From positions 1 through 51,505 of the forward strand of contig CAMTVK010000009.1 of NCBI GenBank assembly GCA_947085185.1: a DNA stretch of 51,505 nucleotides, written 5' to 3'. The notes beneath the pieces are model-generated. The model was not told where the DNA came from. It was given only the letters and a program-made list of their open reading frames with translations, and ran no database searches. This DNA is from Candidatus Fraserbacteria bacterium (lineage in GTDB: Bacteria; Bipolaricaulota; Bipolaricaulia; RBG-16-55-9; DRXL01). The translations under genes were made by a program, and so were the position numbers. This document shows, in pieces, positions 8,215 through 17,133 of the stretch (position 1 is the stretch's first letter; the number at the start of each line of letters is the position of its first letter).

Positions 8215-10026
8215 ATGACCTTGAGAATCTGGGGGTTGAGGGCGTTACAGACTGTCCTGATCTTTGTGCCTGTGGGAATAGCTGCGGCCTTCGCCGGCAT
8301 GCAAGTCAGCTCCCAGCCGGGCTTCTGTGGGACTTGTCATGTCATGAAGCCCTATTATGAGTCTTGGAAGACCTCGACGCACAACGATGTGGCGTGCGTC
8401 GAGTGTCACATCCCGCCGGGCATTACCGCAGAACTTCAGAAAAAATACGAAGCCCTCTCCATGGTCGCGCGGTATTTCACGGGCACCTATGGGACGAATC
8501 CTTGGGCCGAAATCCCTGATGAAGCGTGCCTAAGACCCGGCTGCCACGAACAGCGCCTCCTTGTGGGAAGAGAGGTCTTCAAGGGAACGCTCTTTGACCA
8601 TCGGCCCCATCTGTTAGAGATGCGCCGCGAGAAGAAACTGCGCTGCACCAGCTGTCATTCTCAGATTGTCCAAGGGCAGCACATCGCCGTCACCGAAAGC
8701 ACGTGCTTCTTGTGTCACTTCAAAGAGACCAAGCTCAATGAGGGCACGGCGCGCTGTACGCTCTGTCACGAGGTCCCAGAAAAGCTCATCACGACCGCGG
8801 GATTGTCGTTCGATCACGCGGACGTGAAGAGATTTGGGATGGAGTGCACGCTCTGTCATAGCACGGCCATTAAGGGCGACGGCGACGTCCCCCAGGAGCG
8901 CTGCTACACGTGCCATAATGATCCGACGCGCCTGGCACGCTTGGGAGACGTCGAGCTTCTACACCGTATGCACATCACCGAGCACAAGGTAGACTGTCTC
9001 AATTGTCACTTAGAGATCCAGCACAAAGTTCCTAAAGAGTTAGAAGTCATCGCGACGTCGTGCGAGACCTGTCACGTTGGGGGCGGGCACTCTCCACAGC
9101 GCGATCTGTACGTAGGGATCGGGGGCAAGGGGGTCGCGCCTCAGCCCGCAGCTATGTATCTTGCGGGCGTCCGTTGCGAAAGCTGCCATATAGTCTCACA
9201 AGATGGGCGCAAGCTCGCCAGCGACGTGAGCTGCATGTCCTGCCATGGCGCTAAATTCTCTGCTATCTACAAAGATTGGCAACAGGCGCTCTCCGAGCGA
9301 CTCCGCAAGACCAAAGAAGCGCTCGCCCACGTCAAATCCCTTGTCACTTTTCGGGAGGGCGCAGTCTCTCAGTCTACTCAGCAGACCCTCAGCCGCGCCG
9401 AAGAGAATATTCTCTTTGTCGAAAGCGCTCGCCCCGTGCATAACCCCGGCTACGCGTCGGCCCTCTTATGGCAATCCTACGAAGACCTTCAGCAAATTCT
9501 CAAGGAAATAAGCCCAGAAAAGATTCTGCCGGCCCCGTGGGCTCCAGTGCCCTATCAGACGCGGTGCACCGCGTGTCATCTTGGTGCTGCGACGATCACC
9601 CAAGAGACTCCAGATGGGCTCTTCCGTCACGAATCTCACGTCGCTCGTCGCGGCTTAGCATGCTCGCAGTGCCATCAAGAGAAAAACTATCGCGAACCCC
9701 AGCACGGGGCACAGAAACGCAGCTGCACAGAGTGTCACCCTGCGGCCGAGCGTATGCAAAAGCTCTCGTCAGAAGACTGTTTGCAGTGTCATTCAGCGCA
9801 GATCCCTGTGCGCTCCACGCTCGTCAAGTTCCCCCATGAGCAGCATATCTCTCTGGGCATAAGCTGCACTCTCTGTCACGAGGGGGTCACCCAGAAGAGC
9901 CATCTGGATTTTCTCACATCCAAGCAAGGTGTGCCTGCCCTCGGACACGAGTTCTGCGCCACCTGCCATAGCCGCGACGTCCCCCCTCAAGGAAGCGATT
10001 GCCTCAAGTGTCACAGAGATTTTTAA
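8215..10026 (+). CDS. Large multiheme cytochrome c with N-terminal NapC/NirT (quinol dehydrogenase-like) domain
   Basis: N-terminal TM, FCGTCHVMKPYYESWKTSTH NapC-like motif; 18 CxxCH plus one CX4CH (CLRPGCH). Confidence 0.88.
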   Translation: MTLRIWGLRALQTVLIFVPVGIAAAFAGMQVSSQPGFCGTCHVMKPYYESWKTSTHNDVACVECHIPPGITAELQKKYEALSMVARYFTGTYGTNPWAEIPDEACLRPGCHEQRLLVGREVFKGTLFDHRPHLLEMRREKKLRCTSCHSQIVQGQHIAVTESTCFLCHFKETKLNEGTARCTLCHEVPEKLITTAGLSFDHADVKRFGMECTLCHSTAIKGDGDVPQERCYTCHNDPTRLARLGDVELLHRMHITEHKVDCLNCHLEIQHKVPKELEVIATSCETCHVGGGHSPQRDLYVGIGGKGVAPQPAAMYLAGVRCESCHIVSQDGRKLASDVSCMSCHGAKFSAIYKDWQQALSERLRKTKEALAHVKSLVTFREGAVSQSTQQTLSRAEENILFVESARPVHNPGYASALLWQSYEDLQQILKEISPEKILPAPWAPVPYQTRCTACHLGAATITQETPDGLFRHESHVARRGLACSQCHQEKNYREPQHGAQKRSCTECHPAAERMQKLSSEDCLQCHSAQIPVRSTLVKFPHEQHISLGISCTLCHEGVTQKSHLDFLTSKQGVPALGHEFCATCHSRDVPPQGSDCLKCHRDF

Positions 10027-10054
10027 GCTGACATAGCTCATATTTTCTTCCGAC

Positions 10055-10228
10055 TTGCTGACATGGCACGTCTATCATGTGCACGTGAAGCGCTTCAATA
10101 CGAGCATCTTCACGGGCAGCGGCGGGCTTGGGTCTTCGTGCCTACAGCGGCCGTCGCGGCTGCGGCCCTTCCCGCCCGATCACACGGGGCGGGGCAACGA
10201 GAGCTGCCTCACCTGCCACGCCCGCTAA
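10055..10228 (+). pseudogene. Remnant of a cytochrome b (FdnI-like)/cytochrome c fusion gene
   Basis: Start-less frame from 10064 reads WHVYHVHVKRFNTSIFTG...PFPPDHTGRGNESCLTCHAR*, i.e. a cytochrome b C-terminal helix motif plus a CxxCH. Confidence 0.6.
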
Positions 10229-10272
10229 AATATTTGCAGCACATCCCGCCGATTGCTATACTCTAAAACCCC

Positions 10273-11064
10273 ATGCGCCCTACGATCTGGACCCTAGCGA
10301 TAGCTCTGCTCACAGCCCTCGGAAGCTTTGCTCAGCAAGCTTCTGTCGTCCTCGAGCGTTTGCAGATCTCGCTTTGGCCCGAGTACGACGATCCGCGACT
10401 GTTAGTAATCTATCGGGGCGAGCTGGCCCAAGACCCTCAGGGCGCTCTGGTCTTCACTATCCCTAGCACAGCGCAAGTGCACGCCGTCGCGTATATGAGC
10501 CCCGACGGACGCTTGCTCATCGCCGAGTGGCAGCTCCTGCCCACAGACGCTCCGGAGAAGCTCGTGCTCTTCATCCCAAGAAGTCGCTTCTTCCAGTTTG
10601 AGTACTATGACGATGTGCTTGGTGCCCTCCCGGAGAGATCGTTCGTCTTTCGGTTCTTTTCAGATCGCTATGACATAAAGAATCTTGAGATCGAGGTGCA
10701 GCAGCCCTTGCGGGCGAGGGGGCTGCAGGGAAGCCCGGCTCTAGAGCCCCAGGGCACCGATACTCGCGGGTTCAGCTACTTTGGGCGCAAGATCGGCGCA
10801 GTCCCCACAGGCACCCTCGTGGAGCAGCGCGTCAGCTACACGAAGACAGACACGCTGCCCTCCCTGCGCCCTCAGATCTCTCTTCTCGTGTGGGCGGCGG
10901 TAAGCTTCATGGTCGCAGCTGTGGGGGTTCTGGGTCTCTTATGGGTGCGACGGAGACGTCTTGCGGTGCCGTCAGGCGCGGCGCAGTTTTGTGCGCGGTG
11001 CGGCTATCGCTTCCGCGCCGATGAACACTTCTGTCCCGCGTGCGGCCAGCGCCGCACTTTGTGA
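10273..11064 (+). CDS. Exported membrane protein with C-terminal zinc ribbon
   Basis: Signal peptide, LWPEYDDPRLLVIY domain, TM helix, CARC...CPAC zinc ribbon. Confidence 0.8.
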   Translation: MRPTIWTLAIALLTALGSFAQQASVVLERLQISLWPEYDDPRLLVIYRGELAQDPQGALVFTIPSTAQVHAVAYMSPDGRLLIAEWQLLPTDAPEKLVLFIPRSRFFQFEYYDDVLGALPERSFVFRFFSDRYDIKNLEIEVQQPLRARGLQGSPALEPQGTDTRGFSYFGRKIGAVPTGTLVEQRVSYTKTDTLPSLRPQISLLVWAAVSFMVAAVGVLGLLWVRRRRLAVPSGAAQFCARCGYRFRADEHFCPACGQRRTL

Positions 11065-11074
11065 TCAATATCAA
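11061..11074. promoter_or_regulatory. FNR-type box
   Basis: GTGAT-CAAT-ATCAA upstream of the Crp/Fnr pair. Confidence 0.45.
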
Positions 11075-11152
11075 GTCTCTCCTTGATCTACCCCATCTCG
11101 CAACCTGAGCGCACTCATAATATCCCGTCTCTGGTATAGCTAGACTATAAAC

Positions 11153-11824
11153 ATGGCAAGAGTCGTCGAGCTCGCTCGATGGATAGAAGGCGTAGATCCT
11201 GAAGCGTGCACAGCTTTGACCAGAAGGGCGCATCTGTTAGAATTCCCTCAGGGGGCTCAGCTCTACGCCCAAGGCGATCGCGTTGACGGCGTCTGGATCG
11301 TCCTGGAGGGTGTGGTGAAGGAGACCGTCAGCGCTGCAGATTGCTTGCGGTTCGTCCGGCTGAGCGGCCCTGGGGAGTTCTTAGGGGTTGGAGAGCTCTT
11401 CAGCGGGGGCGTGCACGCTATGGCTGCGTCTGCCCTGCGCCAGACCCGTCTTGCTTGGCTTGGGGAAAAAGAGCTCCAGAAGATCTTTGCCGAGCATCCG
11501 AGCGTCTTGCTCTGGCTGATGCGGCAATTCTCAATAAGGCTCTGGGGGTTGCGCACAGCGCTCGTCGAGATGGTCTACGTCGAGAGTGCTGCGCGGCTCA
11601 CACGGAAGCTCGTCGAGGTCGCGGAGCGCTTTGGCACGCGCACTCCTCAGGGGATGACGATTGACTTAAAACTCTCGCGTGACGAGTGGGCAGCTTTGGC
11701 GGGCATGGCTCCAGAGACCGTCAGTCGGGTTCTGCACGACCTTGAGCGCCGTGGATGGATCGCTCTTGAAGGGCGAAAGATTGTGTTCTTACAGGAAGAT
11801 AAGCTCCGATCCCCGTTTGATTGA
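11153..11824 (+). CDS. Crp/Fnr family transcriptional regulator
   Basis: cNMP fold (VLEGVVKE...GPGEFLG), HTH LSRDEWAALAGMAPETVSR. Confidence 0.9.
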   Translation: MARVVELARWIEGVDPEACTALTRRAHLLEFPQGAQLYAQGDRVDGVWIVLEGVVKETVSAADCLRFVRLSGPGEFLGVGELFSGGVHAMAASALRQTRLAWLGEKELQKIFAEHPSVLLWLMRQFSIRLWGLRTALVEMVYVESAARLTRKLVEVAERFGTRTPQGMTIDLKLSRDEWAALAGMAPETVSRVLHDLERRGWIALEGRKIVFLQEDKLRSPFD

Positions 11825-11872
11825 GCTCAGCAAGTTGCATGACGGCGGGCAAACGATTACAATGAAACTGGC

Positions 11873-12625
11873 ATGGTCTCTCAACGTATAGCTTCTGAGC
11901 GTCAGGGGAGCCCGCCGCTCTGTGGAATCCAGGGCTGCCCGGGGTGTTCGTGGATCTTCACCGAGTTGGATAAGAAGGGCCAGCATGAGTTGCGAGAACT
12001 CATGCGTCCGGTCGAGTACAAGGCCGACGAGGCGATCTTTCATGAAGGGACGCCGGCGTTCGGGTTCTTTATTATCTGTAGTGGGAAGGTCAAGCTGATC
12101 AAGCAGGGGCCTGCGGGGAAACGGCAGATTCTCAAGATCGTCGGGTCTGGAGAGCTTCTGGGGGAGGAGAATCTCTTCGATGGTGGGACGCACACGGCGT
12201 CGGCGCGGACGCTCGAACCCACGCGGGCGCGCTTCCTCAAGCGCGAAGATTTTTTGGATTTTCTCAAGCGTCATCCCATGGTCGCCTTGCGGCTCGCGGA
12301 GAAGGTCGCTCGCGAGCTCCAAGGGTTTCAGGCGAAGCTCATTGAGACGGCCTATGAGAGCTGTCGGGCGCGCTTGGCGCGGCTCCTGCTGGCGTTCGCC
12401 GAGAAGTATGGGACAGGTGAGGGTGAGATCCAAGCTTGTATCAGTCGCACGGATCTGGCAGAGATGGCCGGGATTTCTACAGAGACGGCCATTCGCACCT
12501 TGGGGGAGTTTGAGGAGCGCGGGCTGGTCGTGCTGCAGCGTCGGAAGATTCGGATTTTAGATCGGGCCAGATTGGAGGAGATAGCCGCGCCTCTGCCGGT
12601 GGAGACCATCGAGAATTTGCTCTAA
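11873..12625 (+). CDS. Crp/Fnr family transcriptional regulator with N-terminal Cys motif
   Basis: CGIQGCPGC N-terminus, ICSGKVKL...GEENLF, HTH ISRTDLAEMAGISTETAIR. Confidence 0.92.
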   Translation: MVSQRIASERQGSPPLCGIQGCPGCSWIFTELDKKGQHELRELMRPVEYKADEAIFHEGTPAFGFFIICSGKVKLIKQGPAGKRQILKIVGSGELLGEENLFDGGTHTASARTLEPTRARFLKREDFLDFLKRHPMVALRLAEKVARELQGFQAKLIETAYESCRARLARLLLAFAEKYGTGEGEIQACISRTDLAEMAGISTETAIRTLGEFEERGLVVLQRRKIRILDRARLEEIAAPLPVETIENLL

Positions 12626-12643
12626 CCTAGGGAGTGAAGACCG

Positions 12644-13078
12644 ATGTTTAAGAGGATCTTAGTGCCTACAGATGGATCTCGTGGTGTGGAGAAAGCGATC
12701 AATTGTGCGACGACGATTGCGCTGGCTTTCGATGCCAAAGTGTATGTGCTCTTTGTGGCGGAGCCCCCGCCTTTGCTCTTTGGGTATGCGAACATTGCCG
12801 AGAAGAATATTATTGAGGCGCTCCATCAAGAGGGCCAGCGGATCGTAGAGAAGACCGCGGAAGTGATTCGCAAGTCCGGGGTCGAAGAGGTCGAGACGGT
12901 GCTCAAGACGGGGGTCCCGGCCAAGGCGATCCTAGACTCTGTAGACGAAGCGAAGATCGATCTCATTGTGATGGGGACGCACGGGCGACGGGGCTTAGAC
13001 CGGGTGCTCTTGGGGAGCGTCACCGAAGAAGTTGTGCGCCTTTCGAAAGTCCCCGTGATGACGGTGCGCATGGGGTAG
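12644..13078 (+). CDS. Universal stress protein (UspA family)
   Basis: FKRILVPTDGS and DLIVMGTHGRRGLDRVLLGSV motifs. Confidence 0.95.
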   Translation: MFKRILVPTDGSRGVEKAINCATTIALAFDAKVYVLFVAEPPPLLFGYANIAEKNIIEALHQEGQRIVEKTAEVIRKSGVEEVETVLKTGVPAKAILDSVDEAKIDLIVMGTHGRRGLDRVLLGSVTEEVVRLSKVPVMTVRMG

Positions 13079-13083
13079 TAATC

Positions 13084-13158
13084 GGGCGCTTAGCTCAGCG
13101 GGAGAGCGTCCGCCTTACACGCGGAAGGCCAGAGGTTCGAATCCTCTAGCGCCCACCA
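13084..13158 (+). tRNA. tRNA-Val(TAC)
   Basis: Cloverleaf: acceptor GGGCGCT/AGCGCCC, anticodon arm TCCGC-CTTACAC-GCGGA, T-loop TTCGAAT, encoded CCA. Confidence 0.96.
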
Positions 13159-13180
13159 CCTCTTCTTCAGCTCTTATGTT

Positions 13181-15787
13181 TCAGGGCTCGGTGTCTACCA
13201 CTCCCCGAATACGATGCCGCACCTCCATCACATGAGCTTGAGCCAACGGGTCCTTGATCCCCTCGACCAACAGATCGCTGATCGCGCGATCTATGCGCGC
13301 AAGCTCAGCATACGCCATCGCTACAGCGTCGCTCACCCGATCGCGAGACTCGTCAGTGGCAAGCTTGAGTAAGAGATCGACATAGACGCTCTGGATCGCT
13401 CGTTGGAACGAGTCCGTCGGCGCTCTCTTGCTCAACACGTCGGCCCATATTGTGTCTGTGAAGCCCGTAAAGTGCTCGACGAGCGTGTAGGGGTTCTCTT
13501 CATCGGAGCGATAGGCGTTATCCCGGATGCGCCGCAGGCGCTCCGGCCAGAACGCTGCCGTCAAGACCGAAGCGCGCATCTCCGTGATCGAGTCATGGAT
13601 GGGGAAGTGAAAACGCTGGCCGACGCTCCAGCTGGAGGCCCAGTCCCACCAGCGCTCGCGCGGCATCTTATCTAACAGATGTTTGGGGAAGCGCTTGGGG
13701 ATCTCTGGGCTGAACGCGTCGAGCACGAAGCGTAGCGCGCGGCGCTGCTGCTCTGCGGGAAGGACTTTCAATGGCGTGAGCACGTCGCCCTTGTGGGCAC
13801 GGGTCACTTCCATGCCCCCAAGCGCTTTGACGGAGCTGATATACCCGCGCATCTGCTGATAGAGCAAGACATTCACAGCGTTGCGCAACGGCCAGTACTC
13901 AGCGTCGTCGGCGATCACCCTCTCTTCTAAGCCGGGCCAGAGCCGCTCTACTAATCTCTGAAGATCTGTGTAGTACGCGATGGGGTCGTCGCTCAGGTCC
14001 CATTGGGTGATGGCGGGATCGAGCGCATAGGGATAGTTCCACGCGTCTTCATCGGTGCCATAGAGATGCTCTCTTTGGCTGTGTTGCTGGGCGATCGCCT
14101 GGAGCTCTGGGTGCGGCTGGAGGGTTTCATTGCCCACGGGCTTGTAGCCCCACTGAATCGCCCAGATGTCATATGGGCCCACGGTCGAGCTGTAATACTC
14201 CCCCTGACGCTCGCGATCCGCTGCGATATTGGGGGGATTGTATTCCATCACCGACGCGGTGATCCCGTATTTCTGGGTGTAGCTGAGATCATGGAGCTTC
14301 TCAAAGGGGGTGGCAAAGCTCGCTTTGAAGTTATGGCGCAGTCCCAGGGCATGGCCGACCTCGTGCATGGTTATCTCGCGCAACGCCGCTCCAATGTATT
14401 CTAACGGCATTGGCCCGCCGGGGCTCACCAGGCCGTCGGCCATGAGCGTCATGTTCAATAACGCCATATGAGGGGCCATGCCCGTCTCATAGGCGCAGAG
14501 CTTGTCCACGTCATGAGAGTTGAGGAGCCGAGCGATCTGGCGGGCTTGTTCTTCGTGCTCGATGAACGCTGCAGGACTGTCGACCATACGCAGATATTCG
14601 TTGGTGAGGGCTCGCACCCAATCGGCCGTGAAGAGAATATCGGCGTTCAAGATCTCCCCCGAGCGCGGGTCGACATCCGATGGGCCGATCGCGAACACAG
14701 ATGAGACCGAGGGCATCCAGCGGATCGTCGAGTACCGAGCGTCTGCGGGATCCCAGGTGGGATCGTTGGGTTGATCGAGCGCGATGATCGCGTTCTTGAA
14801 ACCCGCGGCTTCAAACGCTCTGTTCCAAGCTTCGACTCCTTCTTTGATATAGGGGCGAAATTCCTTGGGGATGGTATTTTCGAGATAGAAGATAATAGGC
14901 TTGACGGGCTCAGAGAGGGGTGCATAGGGGTCTCTCTTCTCCAAGCGCCAGCGATTGATGATGCGGACGGAGTTGGTCGGGTCAGTCTGGCGCTCGTAGT
15001 CTTTGTACGTCGTGACGAAGTACCCCACGCGGTCGTCTGCGAGTCTAGGCTTCATGGGTTTGTCTGGGAGCGCCAGCACGCTGTAGTGCAGCGCGATCGG
15101 GAGAGTCTTCTCGTCCGGGAGAATAGCAAAGATGCGAGCGGGGACGTTGGTCAGCGGAGCCAGAGCAGCAAAAGTGAGGTCAGCTTCGATCTCGACGTTT
15201 CTGGGAAAGCCCTTGACCGAAGAGATCGTCGAGCGGCTGGGGTCGAGCCGGAAGCCCGTCTTGAAGATCGCCGGAAGATAGTCAGCTAAGTTGGGCCAGT
15301 CCGAGACAAAAAGCCCTGTCGCGTCAATTAAGTACCGTCCGGCGGCGTCATCGCGGGCGACGATAGAGAAAGCACGACGGACTGAGTCGCGAAAGCCCAA
15401 CTGCACCATCTTCTCCAGAGGAGTTCCTGGAGCTGCCCGGAAGTACGGGTTGCGCGTCAGAAGCTCGATCTTATCGTGGCGCAGCCTGAACTGTAACAGA
15501 TCCGAATCCAGCGGGTAGCCCGTGAGCAAGAACGACTCCCCCAGGCCGCGAGCCATTTGGACAATGACCAAAAAATCTTTCTCGAAGTGCTCTTTGGTCA
15601 CTTCGAGATAGAGCGTGCCGTCTCTTTTGAGATAGAGATTAAAGAAGCCGGGGATGGCTTTCATCTCGGCGACGAACGCTTCGATGGGGCCTTTGGCTGG
15701 GGCTTCCTGGGAGACGAGCGCATGGTTCAGCGCCAGCCCCGACAAGCCAACGGTGAGCAAGACTGCCAAGATCCTCCGAGCGCGCAT
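13181..15787 (-). CDS. Exported zinc-dependent metalloprotease (metzincin, DUF5117/DUF4953-type)
   Basis: HEVGHALGLRHNF zinc motif, SVMEY Met-turn, PRLADDRVGYF; signal peptide after ATG 15787 with AGGAGG SD. Confidence 0.9.
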   Translation of the reverse strand: MRARRILAVLLTVGLSGLALNHALVSQEAPAKGPIEAFVAEMKAIPGFFNLYLKRDGTLYLEVTKEHFEKDFLVIVQMARGLGESFLLTGYPLDSDLLQFRLRHDKIELLTRNPYFRAAPGTPLEKMVQLGFRDSVRRAFSIVARDDAAGRYLIDATGLFVSDWPNLADYLPAIFKTGFRLDPSRSTISSVKGFPRNVEIEADLTFAALAPLTNVPARIFAILPDEKTLPIALHYSVLALPDKPMKPRLADDRVGYFVTTYKDYERQTDPTNSVRIINRWRLEKRDPYAPLSEPVKPIIFYLENTIPKEFRPYIKEGVEAWNRAFEAAGFKNAIIALDQPNDPTWDPADARYSTIRWMPSVSSVFAIGPSDVDPRSGEILNADILFTADWVRALTNEYLRMVDSPAAFIEHEEQARQIARLLNSHDVDKLCAYETGMAPHMALLNMTLMADGLVSPGGPMPLEYIGAALREITMHEVGHALGLRHNFKASFATPFEKLHDLSYTQKYGITASVMEYNPPNIAADRERQGEYYSSTVGPYDIWAIQWGYKPVGNETLQPHPELQAIAQQHSQREHLYGTDEDAWNYPYALDPAITQWDLSDDPIAYYTDLQRLVERLWPGLEERVIADDAEYWPLRNAVNVLLYQQMRGYISSVKALGGMEVTRAHKGDVLTPLKVLPAEQQRRALRFVLDAFSPEIPKRFPKHLLDKMPRERWWDWASSWSVGQRFHFPIHDSITEMRASVLTAAFWPERLRRIRDNAYRSDEENPYTLVEHFTGFTDTIWADVLSKRAPTDSFQRAIQSVYVDLLLKLATDESRDRVSDAVAMAYAELARIDRAISDLLVEGIKDPLAQAHVMEVRHRIRGVVDTEP

Positions 15788-15928
15788 ATCGCTCCTCCTT
15801 TGGTTCGAATTTCTCTGGGCAATATTATACAAAGAAGTCATCGTTGGGGGCTAGAGGCTCTTGACGCGGTCGCACAAGCCTCGTAGCATAAGTATCAGCA
15901 TTGTGCTGAAATTTCTCAAGGGGGAGCT

Positions 15929-16672
15929 ATGAATCGTCTCCAGGAGAAAGTGGCGATTATCACGGGTTCGGGGCGTGGGATCGGGCGCGAGACCGCGTGG
16001 CTCTTCGCGCAGGAAGGTGCTCGTCTCTGCGTCAGCGATATCGATTCAGCGTCGGGAGAGCAGACAGCGACGGAGATTCGACGTCGGGGCGGCACAGCGA
16101 TCTTCGTCCGTGCTGACGTCTCTCAGAGGGCTGACGCCCAACTGCTCGCCGACACTACAGTCAACGAGTTCGGACGCATTGATATCTTAGTGAACAACGC
16201 GGGAATTCTCAGAGACGCGACGCTGCTGAAGATGACGGAAGAACAGTTCGATCAAGTCATCTCTGTGAATCTGAAGGGGGTTTTTAACTGTACCCAAGCG
16301 GTCGCCCCCATTATGGTCCAACAGGGCAGGGGGAAGATCATCAACGTCAGCTCGGTCGTAGCGCTGTACGGGAACTTTGGGCAGACCAATTACGTCGCGG
16401 CCAAGGCCGGCGTGATCGGCATGACGAAAGTCTGGGCGCGGGAGCTGGGGCGCAAGGGGATCTGCGTCAACGCCGTCTGCCCAGGGTTTATCGCGACAGA
16501 GATGGTCAAGAGCGTCCCGGAGAAGATCTTAGAAGCTATGAAAGAGCGAATTCCCTTGGGGCGCTTGGGCGAACCCCACGAAGTGGCGCAGCTCTTTCTC
16601 TTCTTGGCTTCTGATGAAGCAAGCTATATCAACGGCGCCGTGATCAGCATTGACGGAGGGATCACGGTCTAG
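15929..16672 (+). CDS. fabG: 3-oxoacyl-ACP reductase / acetoacetyl-CoA reductase (SDR)
   Basis: TGSGRGIG, NNAG, GNFGQTNYVAAKAG motifs. Confidence 0.85.
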   Translation: MNRLQEKVAIITGSGRGIGRETAWLFAQEGARLCVSDIDSASGEQTATEIRRRGGTAIFVRADVSQRADAQLLADTTVNEFGRIDILVNNAGILRDATLLKMTEEQFDQVISVNLKGVFNCTQAVAPIMVQQGRGKIINVSSVVALYGNFGQTNYVAAKAGVIGMTKVWARELGRKGICVNAVCPGFIATEMVKSVPEKILEAMKERIPLGRLGEPHEVAQLFLFLASDEASYINGAVISIDGGITV

Positions 16673-16674
16673 CT

Positions 16675-16729
16675 ATGCCGCTACGCCAAGATCATCGCGA
16701 CGGGGCACTACGTTCCTGAACGAGTCATG
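16675..16729 (+). pseudogene. fabH: 5' remnant of beta-ketoacyl-ACP synthase III
   Basis: ATG plus one extra base, then RYAKIIATGHYVPERVM, a typical FabH N-terminus directly after fabG; the rest of the gene is absent. Confidence 0.65.
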
Positions 16730-16848
16730 TTTAGGAGGGTATCTTGTGCGCGTCACCGCGACGTGCACCGACGATACGACGGACATCGATCCTCAAAGTT
16801 AATCTCTTCGAGTAGATGGTCTTGGAGTATGGGCGAGAGGCTTGCTCT

Positions 16849-17061
16849 CTAGCGGAGCCGTGAGAACAGATACAAAACCCCTGAGATGAGCAAGCTGAGA
16901 AGGAGGCTCGTCGCTAGGGGAATGTAGATCGTGAGATTCGGGCGCTCAATGATAATATCCCCTGGCAGGCGTCCCACCCATGGTAGCGACCTGCTCAGCG
17001 CCCCTCCCACAAGCACGAGCACGATCCCCAGGAGCATCAACAGCTTTCCCAGCGCTTGCAT
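16849..17061 (-). CDS. Small membrane protein, DUF2905-like
   Basis: GRLPGDIIIER...IYIPLATSLLLS signature between two TM helices. Confidence 0.85.
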   Translation of the reverse strand: MQALGKLLMLLGIVLVLVGGALSRSLPWVGRLPGDIIIERPNLTIYIPLATSLLLSLLISGVLYLFSRLR

Positions 17062-17133
17062 CTCTTGATATTATAGCCGACACCATGGGGACCCGCCGTG
17101 CAGGTGGGATATCTCCTGGCTATAATATCTGTG

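Noticed and set aside
13084..13158. tRNA-Val as integration site for the redox cluster
   Set aside because: No integrase and no duplicated tRNA 3' end seen; the cluster lies 5' of the tRNA
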